A stretch of DNA of 64,000 bases from Hemiscyllium ocellatum (taxonomy: Eukaryota), in the NCBI RefSeq assembly GCF_020745735.1, contig NC_083409.1:20904098-20968097 (forward strand), read 5' to 3'. Each line of letters opens with the position of its first letter. Position 1 is the stretch's first letter. The translations under genes were made by a program, and so were the position numbers. The notes beneath the pieces are model-generated. The model saw only the letters and a list, made by a program, of their open reading frames with translations. It ran no database searches and had not been told where the DNA came from. Shown in pieces: positions 35,604 to 46,900 of the stretch.

Positions 35604-38600
35604 ATGGAGACAACTATAGCCAGCCTCAACATCAACGGCAGCAGGGAGTCACAGCACAGATTCTAGACCCCCTCGGTCCTTCGGGACGGGAGGTATGCGG
35701 TATGCTTCCTGCAAGAAACCCACACTACCCCGGGAGACGAAGCTACCTGGCTCCTGGAGTGGTGAGGGAGGTTCAATATGAGTCACCTAACCCGCAGATC
35801 TGGCGGGGTGGCTATCCTGTTGGCCTCGCATTTTCAGCAGGAGATGTTGGGGTTCAGGGAGCCAGTGCCAGGCCGTTTGCTTCACCTGACGGTTCGGCTG
35901 GGGGGCGCGGTGCTTCACTTGGTGAACGTCTACGCTCCCCTGGCCGGGCCGAGGCAAGCGAGCTTATTTGAAGAAGTTTCCGCTCATCTCGCTTCCATTG
36001 ACGAGAACCAATGCCGTCCTCGGGGGAGATTTTAACTGCGTCCTCGAGGACAGGGACCTCGAAGACAGGCCCGCACGAGTTAGGCGTCGGGGAGGAGGTT
36101 GGGGGACTTGATCAAGTCCTTGGACCTTTTGGACGTCTGGCGGAATCTCCATCCTGACTCCATCACCTCACCTACGTGAGGCCTGGGGTCGGAGCGTCCA
36201 GAATCGACCGCTTGTACGTTTCACGGGCGTACGCCTCCTGTTTTCCGAAGGCCTCCATGCGGCAGGTGTCGTGCATGGACCATCACCTGGTGTGGGCGGA
36301 ACTCCTTCCGTTCGGCGCCAGGTTGGGCTCCGCGTACTGTCACTTTAACAACCTGCTGCTGGAGGACGAGCGGTTCCAGGACTCGTTTCGTCGTTTCTGG
36401 GCTGGCTGGAGAAGGAAGCAGGGAAGCTTCCCCTCCTTGAGGCTATGGTGGGATGTGGGCAAGGCTCACGTCCACGTCTTCTGTCAGGAGTACGCGAGGG
36501 GGTCGACAAAGAGGCGGAAATCCAGGATCGGGGAGTTGGAGAGGGAGATGCTCGACCTGGAGTCACGCCTCGGTCAGCCTGACGCGGACCCGGCCCTGCA
36601 CGGAGTGTATGAAGAGAAGAAGGCCGCGCTCCGGGACCTGCAGCTCGTCGGGGCTTGGGGCGCGTACGTGAGGTCGCGGCTCCAGCTCTTCCAGGACCTG
36701 GACTGCGGCTCCCCCTTCTTCTACTCGCTGGAAAAAAGGCGTGGCACCCGTCAGCAGCTCCTTGTGCTGCTGGCCGACGACGGGTCCCTCGTCTCGGATC
36801 CGGAGGGTATCAGGGCCCACGTCCGATCCTATTACACGGCCCTGTTCTCTCCGGATCCGTCCAGCGAGGATGCTCGCAGAGTTCTGTGGGAGGACCTGCC
36901 ACAGCTCAGCCCGGAGGACGCCGGAAAGCTCGACGTTCCCGTCACCTTAGAGGAGCTGACCGGCGTCCTCGACCGGCTCTCGAGGGGCAAATCCCCGGGG
37001 CTGGACGGGCTGACTGTGGAGTTCTTCAGGGTGTTCTGGGACGTCCTGGGGAGCGACTACGCACAGGTCCTGGGGGAGTGTCTAAATGCCGGAGAGCTGC
37101 CCCTTTCTTGGCGCAGGGCGGTCATCGTCCTGCTGCCAAAGAAGGGGGACCTTCGTTCTTTGAAGAACTGGCGTCCGGTCTCCCTCCTCAGCACGGACTA
37201 CAAAATCTTCGCCAGGGTGTTGTCTTCTCGCCTGGCTTCCGTGCTGGCCCACATGATTCACCCGGACCAGTCCTACACGGTCCCGGGCTGGAGGATACAC
37301 GACAACTTCCATCTGTTCCAGGACCTGATCCATTTCTGTCGACGGACTGGTCTGCCGAGCGCCTTCCTGTCTCTCGATCAGGAGAAGGCGTTCGACAGGG
37401 TCGATCACGAGTACCTGCTCGGGACTCTGGGCATTCCGGTTCGGGACGCAGTTCGTCGCCCGGATCTGACGTTTGTACGCCGCCGCAGAGTGTCTGGTTA
37501 AAGCTAACGGGTCCCTGACTGCGCCCCTTCGCTTCGGGAGAGGAGTGCGTCAGGGCTGCCCCCTGTCTGGCTAGCTGTATTCCCTGTGCATGGAGCCTTT
37601 CCTGCGCCTCTTGCGGAGGAGGTTGTCGGGGCTGGTTCTGCGCGGCACGGGCACGGGGGTGGTCCTTTCGGCCTACGCCGACGACGTGCTCCTCACTTTT
37701 ACCGACCCGGCTGACCTGGGGAGGATGCGCAAGTGCCAGGCCGTGTACTCAGCGGCGTCTTCCGCCAGGATCAACTGGGCCAAATGTTCCGGGCTACTGG
37801 TGGGTCCGTGGCGGGTGGACTCCCTGCCGGAGGAGTTTCAGGGGTTCAGCTGGAATACCACCCATCTCCTCTACCTGGGGGTCTACCTCAGCCCAACCGA
37901 GGAATCCTGGCCGGCCAACTGGCAGGAGCTGGAGGCCAAAGTCTCGGCTCGCCTAGGCCGCTGGACAAGACTGCTCCGAGTGCTATCTTACAGGAGCCGA
38001 GTGCTGGTCATAAACCAACTGGTGGCCGCCATGCTGTGGTACCGGCTGGTCACTTTGGTCCCTCCTCCTGGCTTTGTCGCTGACATCCAGAGAACGTTGG
38101 TCGACTTCGTCTGGGACAAAAAGATGCACTGAATCGCTGCGCAGGTTCTGAGTCTCCCTATTGAGGAGGGCGGTCAGTCGCTGGTGTGCGTCCGCACCCA
38201 GGTCGCGACCTTCCGCCTTCAGACCTTGCAGCAATACCTTTATGTCGAGCCTCCTCCTAGGTGGTGCGCCCTGGCGACGTATTTTTTCCGCCAGGTGCGT
38301 AACCTCAACTACGACACGCAGCTCCTGTTCGTCGATCGTGATGGTTTGGAGGTCGCCCTCAAGGTGCTGCCTGTCTTTTACCAGGACCTGATCACTGTCT
38401 GGAACATGGTCGAATCGCGTCGTGCCTACCCTCCGGCAGGAGTAGCGGCTGTCGTCAGGGAGCCGTTGCTCAGGAATCCGCACCTCCGTGCTCGCGGGTT
38501 CGAGTGGCTGTTGGAGGGGAGGGCCGTGGCGGCGAGGGTTACCAGGGTCGGGGACGTGCTGGGTGCCGGGGGCCTGGGCTGGACGTTGCTGCAAGACATA

Positions 38601-39496
38601 GCGAGCAGGGCAGCGGTAGACGTCCGGTACGTGGCCACCGGCATCCTACGCCTTAAAACGGCGGTGCTCGGACCCGACGTAGTGCACCAGTTGGAGGACG
38701 CTCAGGTGTGCGGTGAGATCCCGTCCACGCTCACCCCTGCCCGGACGGAATTTCACATTGGCCCCAAGGTCCCGTACTTCCCGCGGGAGCCTGTGCCCCA
38801 CAACCTGAGCCGCCTCCGAAATTTTAATTTTGTCCCGTTCAAGGACGTTAAAAGGCGTGCCCTATGTTGACTGCTGCTGCACACCATCCACCTCTTCTCC
38901 CTCATCCACCGCCCGGACACGCCCTGGCGTGCCCATTTGACACCGGGCGGTGGGGATCCCCAGTGGAGGGCCCTCTTCGCAGGAGTCCTCCCCCTTTCTC
39001 TCGGGGATCTTTTGTGGAGGGTGCTGCATGCAGCAGTCCCCTGCAACCGCAGATTGCGGTGTTCATGGACTCCCAGCCCAACTGCTTGTTCTGTGTTGCT
39101 GTGGAGTCCGTGGACCATGTGTATATTGGGTGTGGGCGTTTGCACTCCCTCTTTGATTTTCTGAAAAACCTTCTCCTCTGTTTTTGGTTGCACTTCAGTC
39201 CCACGCTCCTGATCTTCGGGCACCCGGTGCGGAGGAGGGAAGGCAGGTCTGAAGACCTCCTTGTGGGTCTGCTCCTGGGCCTGGCCAAACTGGCCATAAA
39301 CAGGTCCGGGCAGCGGGCCGTGGAGGGGGTCGTTAGGGCCGACTGCCTGCCCCTCTTCCGCGGTTACGTTAGGGCCTGGGTGTCCTTGGAGAAGGAGCAC
39401 GCGGTGTCCACCAACACCCTGGAGTTGTTCAGGGAGAGGTGGACGCCGCAGGGAGTGGAGTGCATCATTTCCCCCTCCAACTCTATTTTGATTTAG
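35604..39496 (+). pseudogene. Tx1 ORF2 (AP endonuclease, reverse transcriptase, C-terminal Cys/His motif), disrupted
   Basis: METTIASLNING, FLQETH, VNVYAP, GGDFNC, SRIDRLY, KSPGLDGLTVEFF, WRPVSLLSTDYKI, LDQEKAFDRVDH, GVRQGCPLSG, YADD (37674-37685), CLFC...HVYIGC. Several stops and frameshifts. Confidence 0.95.
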
Positions 39497-40270
39497 TCCC
39501 TGCCCTCCCCTTCACTGTTTGTTCACACAGCATTGCCCCTTGATGTGAAGGCCACTGCTTGTCACAGGCCACTCGGGTGTTTTCCTACTTTTCCTGGTGG
39601 TGGAAATTGAATAAAGATTTGTACACCTTGTCTCTCACTGTGTCTCACAGCTGCACACACACACCATGGGTGCTGGGGATAAAAATAATAAGCACTACCA
39701 CAGTTAGGCGGTAGTGTGGGGGTTAATAAAAAAGAAAAAAAATATATAAACAAGAGACTTTTGATGTGAAGGGCACTGCTTGTCACAGGCCACTCGGGTG
39801 TTTTCCTATTTTTTCCTGGTGGTGGAAATTAAATAAAGATTTGTGCACTTTGTGTCTCTCACTGTGTCTCACACCTGCACACACACACCATGGGTGCTGG
39901 GGATAAAATAAGCACGACTGCAGTTAGGTCGTAGTGTGGGGGTAATAAAGGGGGAAAAAAATAATAAAAAAAACAAACAAAAAAATTCCAATGTACATAG
40001 CGGCAGGGGCTGTGGAGGGGTTCGTTAGGGCCGACTGCCTGCCCCTCTTCAGTGGTTACATTAGAGCCCGGGAGAAGGAGCACGGTGTCCACCAACACCC
40101 TGGAGTTGTTCAGGGAGACGTGGGCACCGCAGGGAATGGAGTGCATCATTTCCCCCTCCAACGCTCTTTTGATTTAGTCCCTGCCCTCCCCTTCACTGTT
40201 TGATCACACAGCATTGCCCTTTGATGTGAAGGGCACTGCTTGTCACAGGCCACTCGGGTGTTTTCCTGGT

Positions 40271-42283
40271 CAGGAGTTGGACCAGTGGCAGTGTGTGCCT
40301 GTGGAAGAAGAGAAAGAAGAAAGAAGAAAGAAGACGAAGAAGAAGAAGGTGGAGACAGGAGGTGAGAGCTTGGAGTCTCGGGCCTAGTTTTGGAGCTGCA
40401 GCCTGGGCATCACCCAGGTCAAGTCAGTGTTGCAGCTGACCTGGGGCCCACTCCCACTGCTGGTCTCTGGGATCCCGCCTGGGCCTGCCTCCACCACCGC
40501 AGCCTGGGAATCGCCTGAGGCCACTTTCCACAACTTCCACCACTGCTGTGACCTGTGGCCCACCTCCACCGCCGCTGCCTGGTACTCGCCTGGGAGTCCC
40601 TCCCCAACAGGTCTGCCTCCACTGCTGGGACAAAGGGCCAGCCTGGGATTCGCCAGAGGCCTTCCTCAACTGCTGCTGCTGCCAGAGGCCTGCCTCCACC
40701 ACCACTGCCTGGGACTTGCCTGGGAGTCCCTCCCCAACTGAGGGCCTGCCTGGGACTCGCCAGAGGCCTGCCTCAACTGCTGCTGTCACCTGAGGCTTGC
40801 CCCCACCACTGCAGCCTGGGACTCGTCTGAGGCCACTCCCCACAGCCTCCACCACTGCTGCGACCCGAGGCCCACCTCCACCGCTGCTGCCCAGGACTTA
40901 ATTTTGGGGCTGCCTGGGACTTGTCTTGGGGACCCTCCCCAACAGGCCTGCCCCTACCGGTGACCAAGGGCCTACCTGGGACTCGCCCGAAGCCTACCTC
41001 TGCCTCTGCCACTGCCGTTGCCTGAGGCCGGTTTCCACCGTCGCTGCCTGGGACTCTCCTCGGGTGACTGGCGTTGGGCACAACCCCAGGACTTCCGCCA
41101 CTACTACAGCCAAAGGCCCACCTCCAGCAGCAGAATATGGCGAGCCCGAAGGTCGCAGGGCCCAGCCACACCTACACCAGGGTAGCCACTGCCTTAGGCT
41201 TGGCTGTCCCAACCCCGGCCGCAACCGCATCCCCCTTCAGGCACCTGACCAAAACCTGGGGGTAAAGGCCTATCCCCATCCCAACATGACTCCTTCCGAC
41301 GCCAGGTGTTTATTTGCCTGGCCCGGGAGGAGGTCATGGAGGGCTCGTTCACTGTCCTCCACGAGGTCGCGGCATACTGCGCCTTCAAGGACGTTAAAAG
41401 GCGTGCCCTGTATAGACTGCTGCTGCACACCGTCCACCTCTTCTCTCTCATCCACAGTCCAGACACGCCTTGGCGTGCCCATTTGCCACCGAGCGGTGGG
41501 GATCCCCAGTGGAGGGCCCTCTTCGCAGGAGTTCTCCCCCTTTCTCTCGGGGATCTGGGGTGGAGGGTGGTGTACGCAGCGGTCCCTGCAACCGCAGATT
41601 GCGGTGGTTCACGGACTCCCAGCCCAACTGCTTGTTCTGTGGTGCTGTGGAGTCCGTGGACCATGTGTATATTGGGTGTGGGCGTTTGCACTCCCTCTTT
41701 GATTTTCTGAAAAACCTTCTCCTCTGTTTTTGGTTGCACTTCAGTCCCACGCTCCTGATCTTCGGGCACCCGGTGCGGAGGAGGGAGGGCAGGTCTGAAG
41801 ACCTCCTCGTGGGTCTGCTCCTGGGCCTGGCCAAGCTGGCCATAAAAAGGTCCAGGCAGTGGGCCGTGGAGGGGGTCGTTAGGGCCGACTGCCTGCCCCT
41901 CTTCCGCGGTTGCGTTAGAGCCCGGGTGTCCTTGGAGAAGGAGCACGCGGTGTCCACCAACACCCTGGAGTTGTGCAGGGAGAGGTGGGTGCCACAGGGA
42001 GTGGAGTGCATCATTTCCCCCTCCAACGCTATTTTGATTTAGTCCTTGCCCTCCCCTTCACTGTTTTGATCGCACAGCATTGCCCCTTTGATGTGAAGGG
42101 CACTGCTTGTCACAGGCCACTCGGGTGTTTCCTTTCTTCCTGGTGGTGGAAATTAAATAAAGATTTGTGCACTTTGTGTCTCTCACTGTGTCTCACACCT
42201 GCACACACACACCATGGGTGCTGGGGAAAATAAGCACTACCGCAGTTAGGCGGTAGTGTGGGGGAAAAGGGGGAAAAAAAAAG
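40271..42283 (+). mobile_element. Internally deleted Tx1-like element B2 (about 2.0 kb)
   Basis: Same 5' start caggagttggacc and ORF1 ATG at 41137. Lacks the equivalents of B1 33491-33815 and 33912-38840. Keeps the ORF2 end and 3'UTR. Confidence 0.92.
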
Positions 42284-43087
42284 AACAGGAGTGTAGCATT
42301 GCCCTCTGATGTGAAGGGCACTGCTTGTCACTAAAAAAAAATCCAATGTACACAGCAGCAGGGGCCGTGGAGGGGTTCGTTAGGGCCGACTGCCTGCCCC
42401 TCTTCGGCGGTTACATTAGAGCCCGGGAGAAGGAGCACGGTGTCCACCAACACCCTGGAGTTGTTCAGGGAGACGTGGGCGCCGCAGGGAATGGAGTGCA
42501 TCATTTCCCCCTCCAACGTTATTTTGATTTAGTCCCTGCCCTCCCCTTCACTGTTTGATCACACAGCATTGCCTTTTGATGTGAAGGGCACTGCTTGTCA
42601 CAGGCCACTCGGGTGTTTTCATATTTTTCCTGGTGGTGGAAATTGAATAAAGATTTCTGCACTTTGTGTCTCTCACTGCGTCTCACACTTGCACACACAC
42701 ACCATGGCTGCTGTGGAAAATATAAACACTACTGCAGTTAGAAAAAAAAACAAAAAAAAAAGAAAAAAATCCAATGTACACAGCCCTCCCCTTCGCTGTT
42801 TGATCATGTAGCATTGACCTTGAAAAAGGATACTGCTTGTCACTGGCCACATGGGTGTTTCCTTTCTTTCTGGTGGTGGAAATTGAATAAAGATTTATAT
42901 ACTTTGTGTCTTTCACTGTGTCCCACACCTGCATACACACAACATGGGAGCTGGGGAAAATATAAGCAGTACTACAGATAGGTGATAGTGGCGGTGCTAT
43001 AAAATAAAAGAAAAGGAGTGTCAGATATCCTCTCAATTAAAAAAAAAATCCAAAGTACACAAAGACAGCGACTGAATCCTCTTCATC

Positions 43088-43093
43088 TTTATT
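43088..43093 (-). promoter_or_regulatory. Probable polyadenylation signal of the Ig constant gene
   Basis: AATAAA on the minus strand about 320 nt after the C-exon stop, followed by a GT-rich stretch (GTCGCTGTCTTTGTGT). Confidence 0.65.
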
Positions 43094-43414
43094 ACCTTGA
43101 CCAGATTGACGTTGACAGAAAACAGTCAGCAATTAACAGCACAGACAGAGGAAGGTGCACAAATCACAGCCACAATGGAGCTTGAGGCAAAACACTTGTG
43201 GGGATTTTCTCAATAACATGAGAATCCTGTCCCTTTAAACAGTGACAAAACCTTAAAATGGAACTGGTCGCTGAGTAGGAAGGAGATCTGGTTTACTGAA
43301 GCAGAGACTTATGAGGTTCACATTGTTTTGTACAGCTGACAGTCTTCAGCAACTGCCACCTCAGCCCTGTTCTGTTTTTAAGTTGTGTCGCCTCCGTAGA
43401 CCGTCTCAAGCACT

Positions 43415-43736
43415 CTACACACATTCTGATCTCCTGATGCTCTTGCTGAGGGGAGAGGGGCGATCACCTGGGTGAGGGCAAAGGAGAAGCGAGCGTTGGA
43501 CTCCCAGTCAGCCCCAGAGAGGGTCAGCAGGCTGCTGACACTGTAGGTGCTGTCCGAAGCTCGCAGGTAGTTGCTGGTCTGAACCCCGTCCGAAATGACT
43601 GCACCGTCCTTCTTCCACTGCACCTCCAGCTCATCGGGATAGAAGTGATTGGCAAGACACACCAGGGTGGCAGTGCCCTTGGCATTGACCTGCTGCGGAG
43701 AGGGGGTCAGGAAGGTCAGCTAAGAGTTCTCATAGC
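43415..43736 (-). pseudogene. IGKC: Immunoglobulin light-chain constant exon, shark NS4/type III (kappa)-like, pseudogene
   Basis: Acceptor tttctcttgtctttcag, then YENS*LTFLTPSPQQVNAKGTATLVCLANHFYPDELEVQWKKDG...STYSVSSLLTLSGADWESNARFSFALTQV; a shifted frame gives PLSKSIRRSECV*. TAG at 43720-43722, Cys to Phe in FSC, and a frameshift near 43460. The kappa call rests on my recall of shark NS4 sequence. Confidence 0.88.
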
Positions 43737-43959
43737 CTGAAAGACAAGAGAAACTATTTTAATCCCTGCCATTCGTAGGGGTTTAAACTCTTCGAACATT
43801 AATTGACAAAACCATCCATTTAAACATTTGTAGTCAATACCTAACAAGCCCGACAAAAGAACAGACATTGTTCAAATTACTTCTTGGGATGTGAGTGTCA
43901 CTGGCAGGGCCAGCATTTATTACCCATCCCGAACTGCCTCTGATGGTGATACAGCAGAG

Positions 43960-46900
43960 AGAGAAGGGAGAGTTCTAGACTATCGTTTATGGAATGAATG
44001 TGGGCAGCTGGAAGGGCTATCAATGGGGGAGCATTTCAGTGACAGTGAGATTGAGAGTAGGGATGGAAATGGAGAACCATGGAGTCTGTGTAAAAGTTTT
44101 CAGTTGGGAATGAACCATTTTACTAAATTGTGCAGAGATTTGGTAAAGTTGGACTGGAAACAACGACTGGACGGGAAATCAGTGTCAGGGCAGTTGGTTC
44201 CCTCGAAGGATGAGACAGAGATCGTTCAGAAACTGTTCCTACAAAGAGTAAGGGTGGGACTCTCAAATCTAGACTCTCAGCCTGGGATGTCAAAAGGCAG
44301 CCAGAGTAGAGCAGACCAAACAGGGAAGGTAATGTTGGTTATCTGGAATTGAAATCTGCAGAAAGCTGAGAGGATAGAAAATGCAGGAGTGAAATTGAAC
44401 AAGATCTGCAGAAAGCAAAGAGCTGACAAAATGAAATGGAATAATCGAATTTTCAGTACAGAAGGAGGCTATTCAACCCATCATGTCTGTGCTGTCTCCA
44501 GAAAGAGCTAGCCAGGTTGTCCCACTCTCCAGTCCGATTTCTGTTGTCCTCTAACTTAATCAATTTTAATAATACATATTGGAACCTCCGATAGATACCC
44601 CCTCAACCATTGTGTCAGGCAGCATGTTCTAAATCCTAACAACTCTTCTAGTAAAAACATTCCTCCCCATCTCACTCATGGCTGTCTTTCTGACAATCTT
44701 GAAATTGTTACCCATAGTTACCAACTCATGGAAACGGAATATCCTATTTAACCCTGTCAAAAATTGTTCAAAACAGTGAACAGCTCTATAAGAACACCTC
44801 TTAATCTTCTCTGCTCAGAGGCGAATAAGCCCAATCTTTCTTAGCTTTCCTTGTATCTAAAATCACTCATTCTTGGTATCATTCCGATCAAACTCCTTCG
44901 AACTCTCTCCAGGGTTTTGATATTGTTCTTTAAATAAGGTGCTCAGAACTGAACACAATCCTCCAAGTCGTGTCTGATCAGTGATTTATAGAGGTATAGT
45001 ATCACTTCCTTGCTTTTATACTCTGCGTTGTACTTTAAAAACCCAAGGATCCTGTAAGCTTACAACTAAAAAATATAATAAGGGGTTAGAAGATGAAATA
45101 CGAGGGTAAGCCAGCTGGTAATATAAAAGAAGACGACAAGACTGTTTTTTTTGTCGAAATATAAAAGCTAAGAGGAAGGCATGACTGGATGTTCGACTGC
45201 TGGAAAATGAGGCTGGAGAAGTACTAATGGGGAACAAAGAAATGGCAGAGGATCTGAATAGTGACTTTACATTAGTCTTCATGTTGGAAAACACCAGTAG
45301 TATACCAGAACTTAAATAGATACAGGGGCAGAGATGAGAGTACTGGTTATGACTCAGGAGAAGGTGCTGAGGAAGCTGAAAGTTCTGAGATGGATAAATC
45401 AACCGGACTGGACGGACAACATCCCAGAATTTGAAGGAGATAGCTGAGCAGATTGTGAAGGGATTGAAGGTGATCTTTCAGGAATCACTGGAGTCAGGGA
45501 GAGTCCAAGAGGACTGTAAAATGGCTAATGAAACTCCCCTGTTTAGGAAAGGAGGGAGGCAGAAGATGCGAAATTATAGGCTGGTAAATCTGACATCAGT
45601 CGTTAGTAAGATTGTAGACTTCAGTTTAAGAATGAGATTGCAGGGGAGTTGAAAGTGTATGGTCAAGTCGGGCTATGTCAGCATGGCTTCATGAAGGGTA
45701 GGCCTGGCAAATCTGTTCGAATTCTTTGTGGAAGGAATGAACAAATTAAATAGAGGAGAGCTAATGAATGTGATCAATTTGGATTTATAGACAGCCTTAG
45801 ACAATGTGCCGCACAGGAGGCTACTAAAGAAGAGAATAGCCCGTAGTGTTAGGGATAAGGTCCAGCATTGGATAGAAGACTGGCCGCCTGGCAGAAGGAA
45901 GAGAGTGGGACAAAGGGATCATTTTCAGGATGGCAACCAGTGATTAGTGTGGCTCTGCAAAGGTCCATGCTGGGACTAATGCTATTTGCCAAAAATGAAT
46001 GATTCATTAATGATCTGGACAAAGGATCTGAGGACATTGTTGTTCAATCTGCAGGTAACCCAAAGGTAAATGGAGGGACAGGTCGTGTTGAGGAAGTGGA
46101 GAAGTTGAAGAAGGAGTTGATCAGGCTCAGAGAGTGGACAAAGAAGTGGCAGATGGAATAGAGTGTGGGAAAGTGTGAGCTTTTTTTAAATGGGGAAAGC
46201 ATTCAGAAATCTGAACCACAAAGGGACTGAGGAGTCATAATCAGGATTCTCTGAACGTTACCCTGTTGGCACTTCGGAACGCAAATGCAATGTCATCATT
46301 CATTTCAAGAAGGCTAGAACATGTGGCACGGTGGCTCAGTGTTCAGCTCACGGTGGCTCACAGCACCAAGGAGCCGGGTTCAATTCCTGTCTCAGGCAAC
46401 TGTCTGTGTGGAGTTTGCACATTCTACGCATGGCTGCGTGGGTTTCCTCCGGTTGCTCTGGTTTCCTCCCACAGTCCAAAGATGTGCAGGTTCGGTGAAT
46501 TGGCCATACTAAATTCCTGTAGTGTTAGGTGCATTAGTCAGGATTAAACATAGGGGAATGGGTCTGGGTGGGTTGCTCTTCAGAGTGTTGGAGTTATTTT
46601 GTTGGTCTGAAGGGCTTGTTTCCATACTGTAGGGAATCTAATCACAAGAAAAGAAATGTACTGCTGAAGCCGTTTAAGGCTCTGGTCAGAACGCATTTCA
46701 TGTATGGTGAGCAGTTTTGGGCCCTGGATATAAGAAAGAATGTGCAGGCATTGGAGAGTGTACAGAAGAGTTTTACAAGAATTATGAGGGGATGAAAGAT
46801 TTACCAAATGAGGAACAGTTGAGGACTCGATGGAGTTTAGAAGGATGAAGGGAATTTTACTGAAACCTACAGAATACTGAGAGACCTGTCTCGAGAGGAT

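Larger units (their letters stand above)
32268..39750 (+). mobile_element. Near full-length Tx1-like element B1 (about 7.5 kb), inactivated
   Basis: 5'UTR with tandem monomers, ORF1, ORF2 (APE-RT-zinc motif), 3'UTR with AATAAA and an A-rich tail at 39724-39750. Confidence 0.92.
31995..43061 (+). mobile_element. Head-to-tail nest of Tx1-clade (L1 superfamily) non-LTR retrotransposon copies
   Basis: Order: A1 (31995-32267), B1 (32268-39750), 3'UTR stub, A2 (39987-40270), B2 (40271-42283), short stub, A3 (42342-42769), D (42770-43048). Bounded by TCCAA(T/A)GTACACA at 31995 and 43049. Confidence 0.9.

Noticed and set aside
39118-39130. Antisense ORF2 sequence resembling the target motif (CCCAATATACACA)
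   Set aside because: An 11/13 match within coding sequence (HVYIG), with no junction there; plausibly chance.
33335-39496. B1 as an active autonomous element
   Set aside because: Both ORFs carry multiple stops and frameshifts.
31995-43061. Repeated 13-mer and 5'UTR monomers as a CRISPR-like array
   Set aside because: Spacing is irregular (279-7992 bp), the intervening DNA is retrotransposon sequence, there are no cas genes, and the context is vertebrate.
44185-44215. J-like TTC GAG GGA ACC on the minus strand
   Set aside because: Lacks FGxG spacing, RSS and splice donor, and lies within decayed CR1 sequence.
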